Source: Malacoraja senta
Taxonomy: Eukaryota
NCBI GenBank assembly: GCA_038087875.1
Contig: CM075988.1
Location: forward strand, 4,960,001-5,024,000
Reading direction: 5' to 3'
Length of the DNA: 64,000 bases
The translations under genes and the position numbers were made by a program. Positions 63,461-64,000 of the stretch are shown here, piece by piece. Under the pieces are notes generated by a model. The model worked only from the letters and a program-made list of their open reading frames with translations. It was not told the origin of the DNA and searched no databases. The number at the start of each line of letters is the position of its first letter. Within the stretch, counting starts at the first letter, position 1.

Positions 63461-64000
63461 CTCATTGTAATTTAGAGGCCGATACCATGCTGGGATAACA
63501 GTGGGCTTTGACTGAGGACAGCTTGCTATTTGCAGAAAGGAGTGAATGTGAAGCTGGTGGTTGGGCTGGATGCGAGCCATCCATTTGAATAAGATACACC
63601 ATGGACACAGGCCCTTCAGCCCACCAAGTCAGCACTGACCGTCAACCTCCCATCAACCATGATAGAAATCTAACATTGATTCCCATTTCATTCTTCCCAG
63701 ATTCTACTTCTCATGCACACAATTGAGCCAATTTACACCCATTTAATCTGCCACAACGTTCTTGAGATTCTTGATTCGTACATGTGGCAGGGGTTACGGA
63801 GAGAAGGCAGGAGAAGGCAGGGGTTGAGTGGGAAAGATAGATCAGCCATGATTGAATGGAGGAGTAGACTTGATGGGCCGAATGGATCAATTCTGCTCCT
63901 ATCAAGAATGAACTTCTGAACTTTGAGATGTGGGAGGAAAACAGAGAGCCTTGGGAAAACCCACGTGGTGACAGGGAGAAAGTGCAAACATGAGAATCAA

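Overview
Eukaryotic, repeat-dominated non-coding DNA. The repeat spectrum (tRNA-headed V-SINEs of HE1 type, HER1/CR1-like LINEs, Penelope-like elements, Rex1, RTE, Tx1) points to a cartilaginous fish, most likely a skate or ray (inference). I could not support any host protein-coding exon; every long ORF is retrotransposon-derived or low-complexity. Main contents: (1) a full-length Tx1-clade LINE (10351-16922) sitting in a (GA)n microsatellite that is itself inside a putative solo LTR inside a CR1 3' end; (2) a near-complete CR1 (43209-46580, minus) with an ORF1 esterase fragment, plus many CR1 3' fragments; (3) a Penelope RT/GIY-YIG ORF (about 48120-49528) and roughly 25-30 short copies of its terminal repeat, most retaining all or part of a minimal hammerhead-ribozyme motif (CTGAAGA-A-GGGT-NNNN-ACCC-GAAA-CGTC), often inserted as inverted pairs with target-site duplications; (4) a 1-kb internally deleted RTE with a structured 5' end; (5) palindromic Harbinger-type and Tc2-type MITEs; (6) about 20 V-SINE copies; (7) a few repeat-free, motif-rich islands that may be enhancers; and a 200-N assembly gap. 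All family names come from motif recognition by eye, not from database searches, and boundaries of old fragments are approximate.
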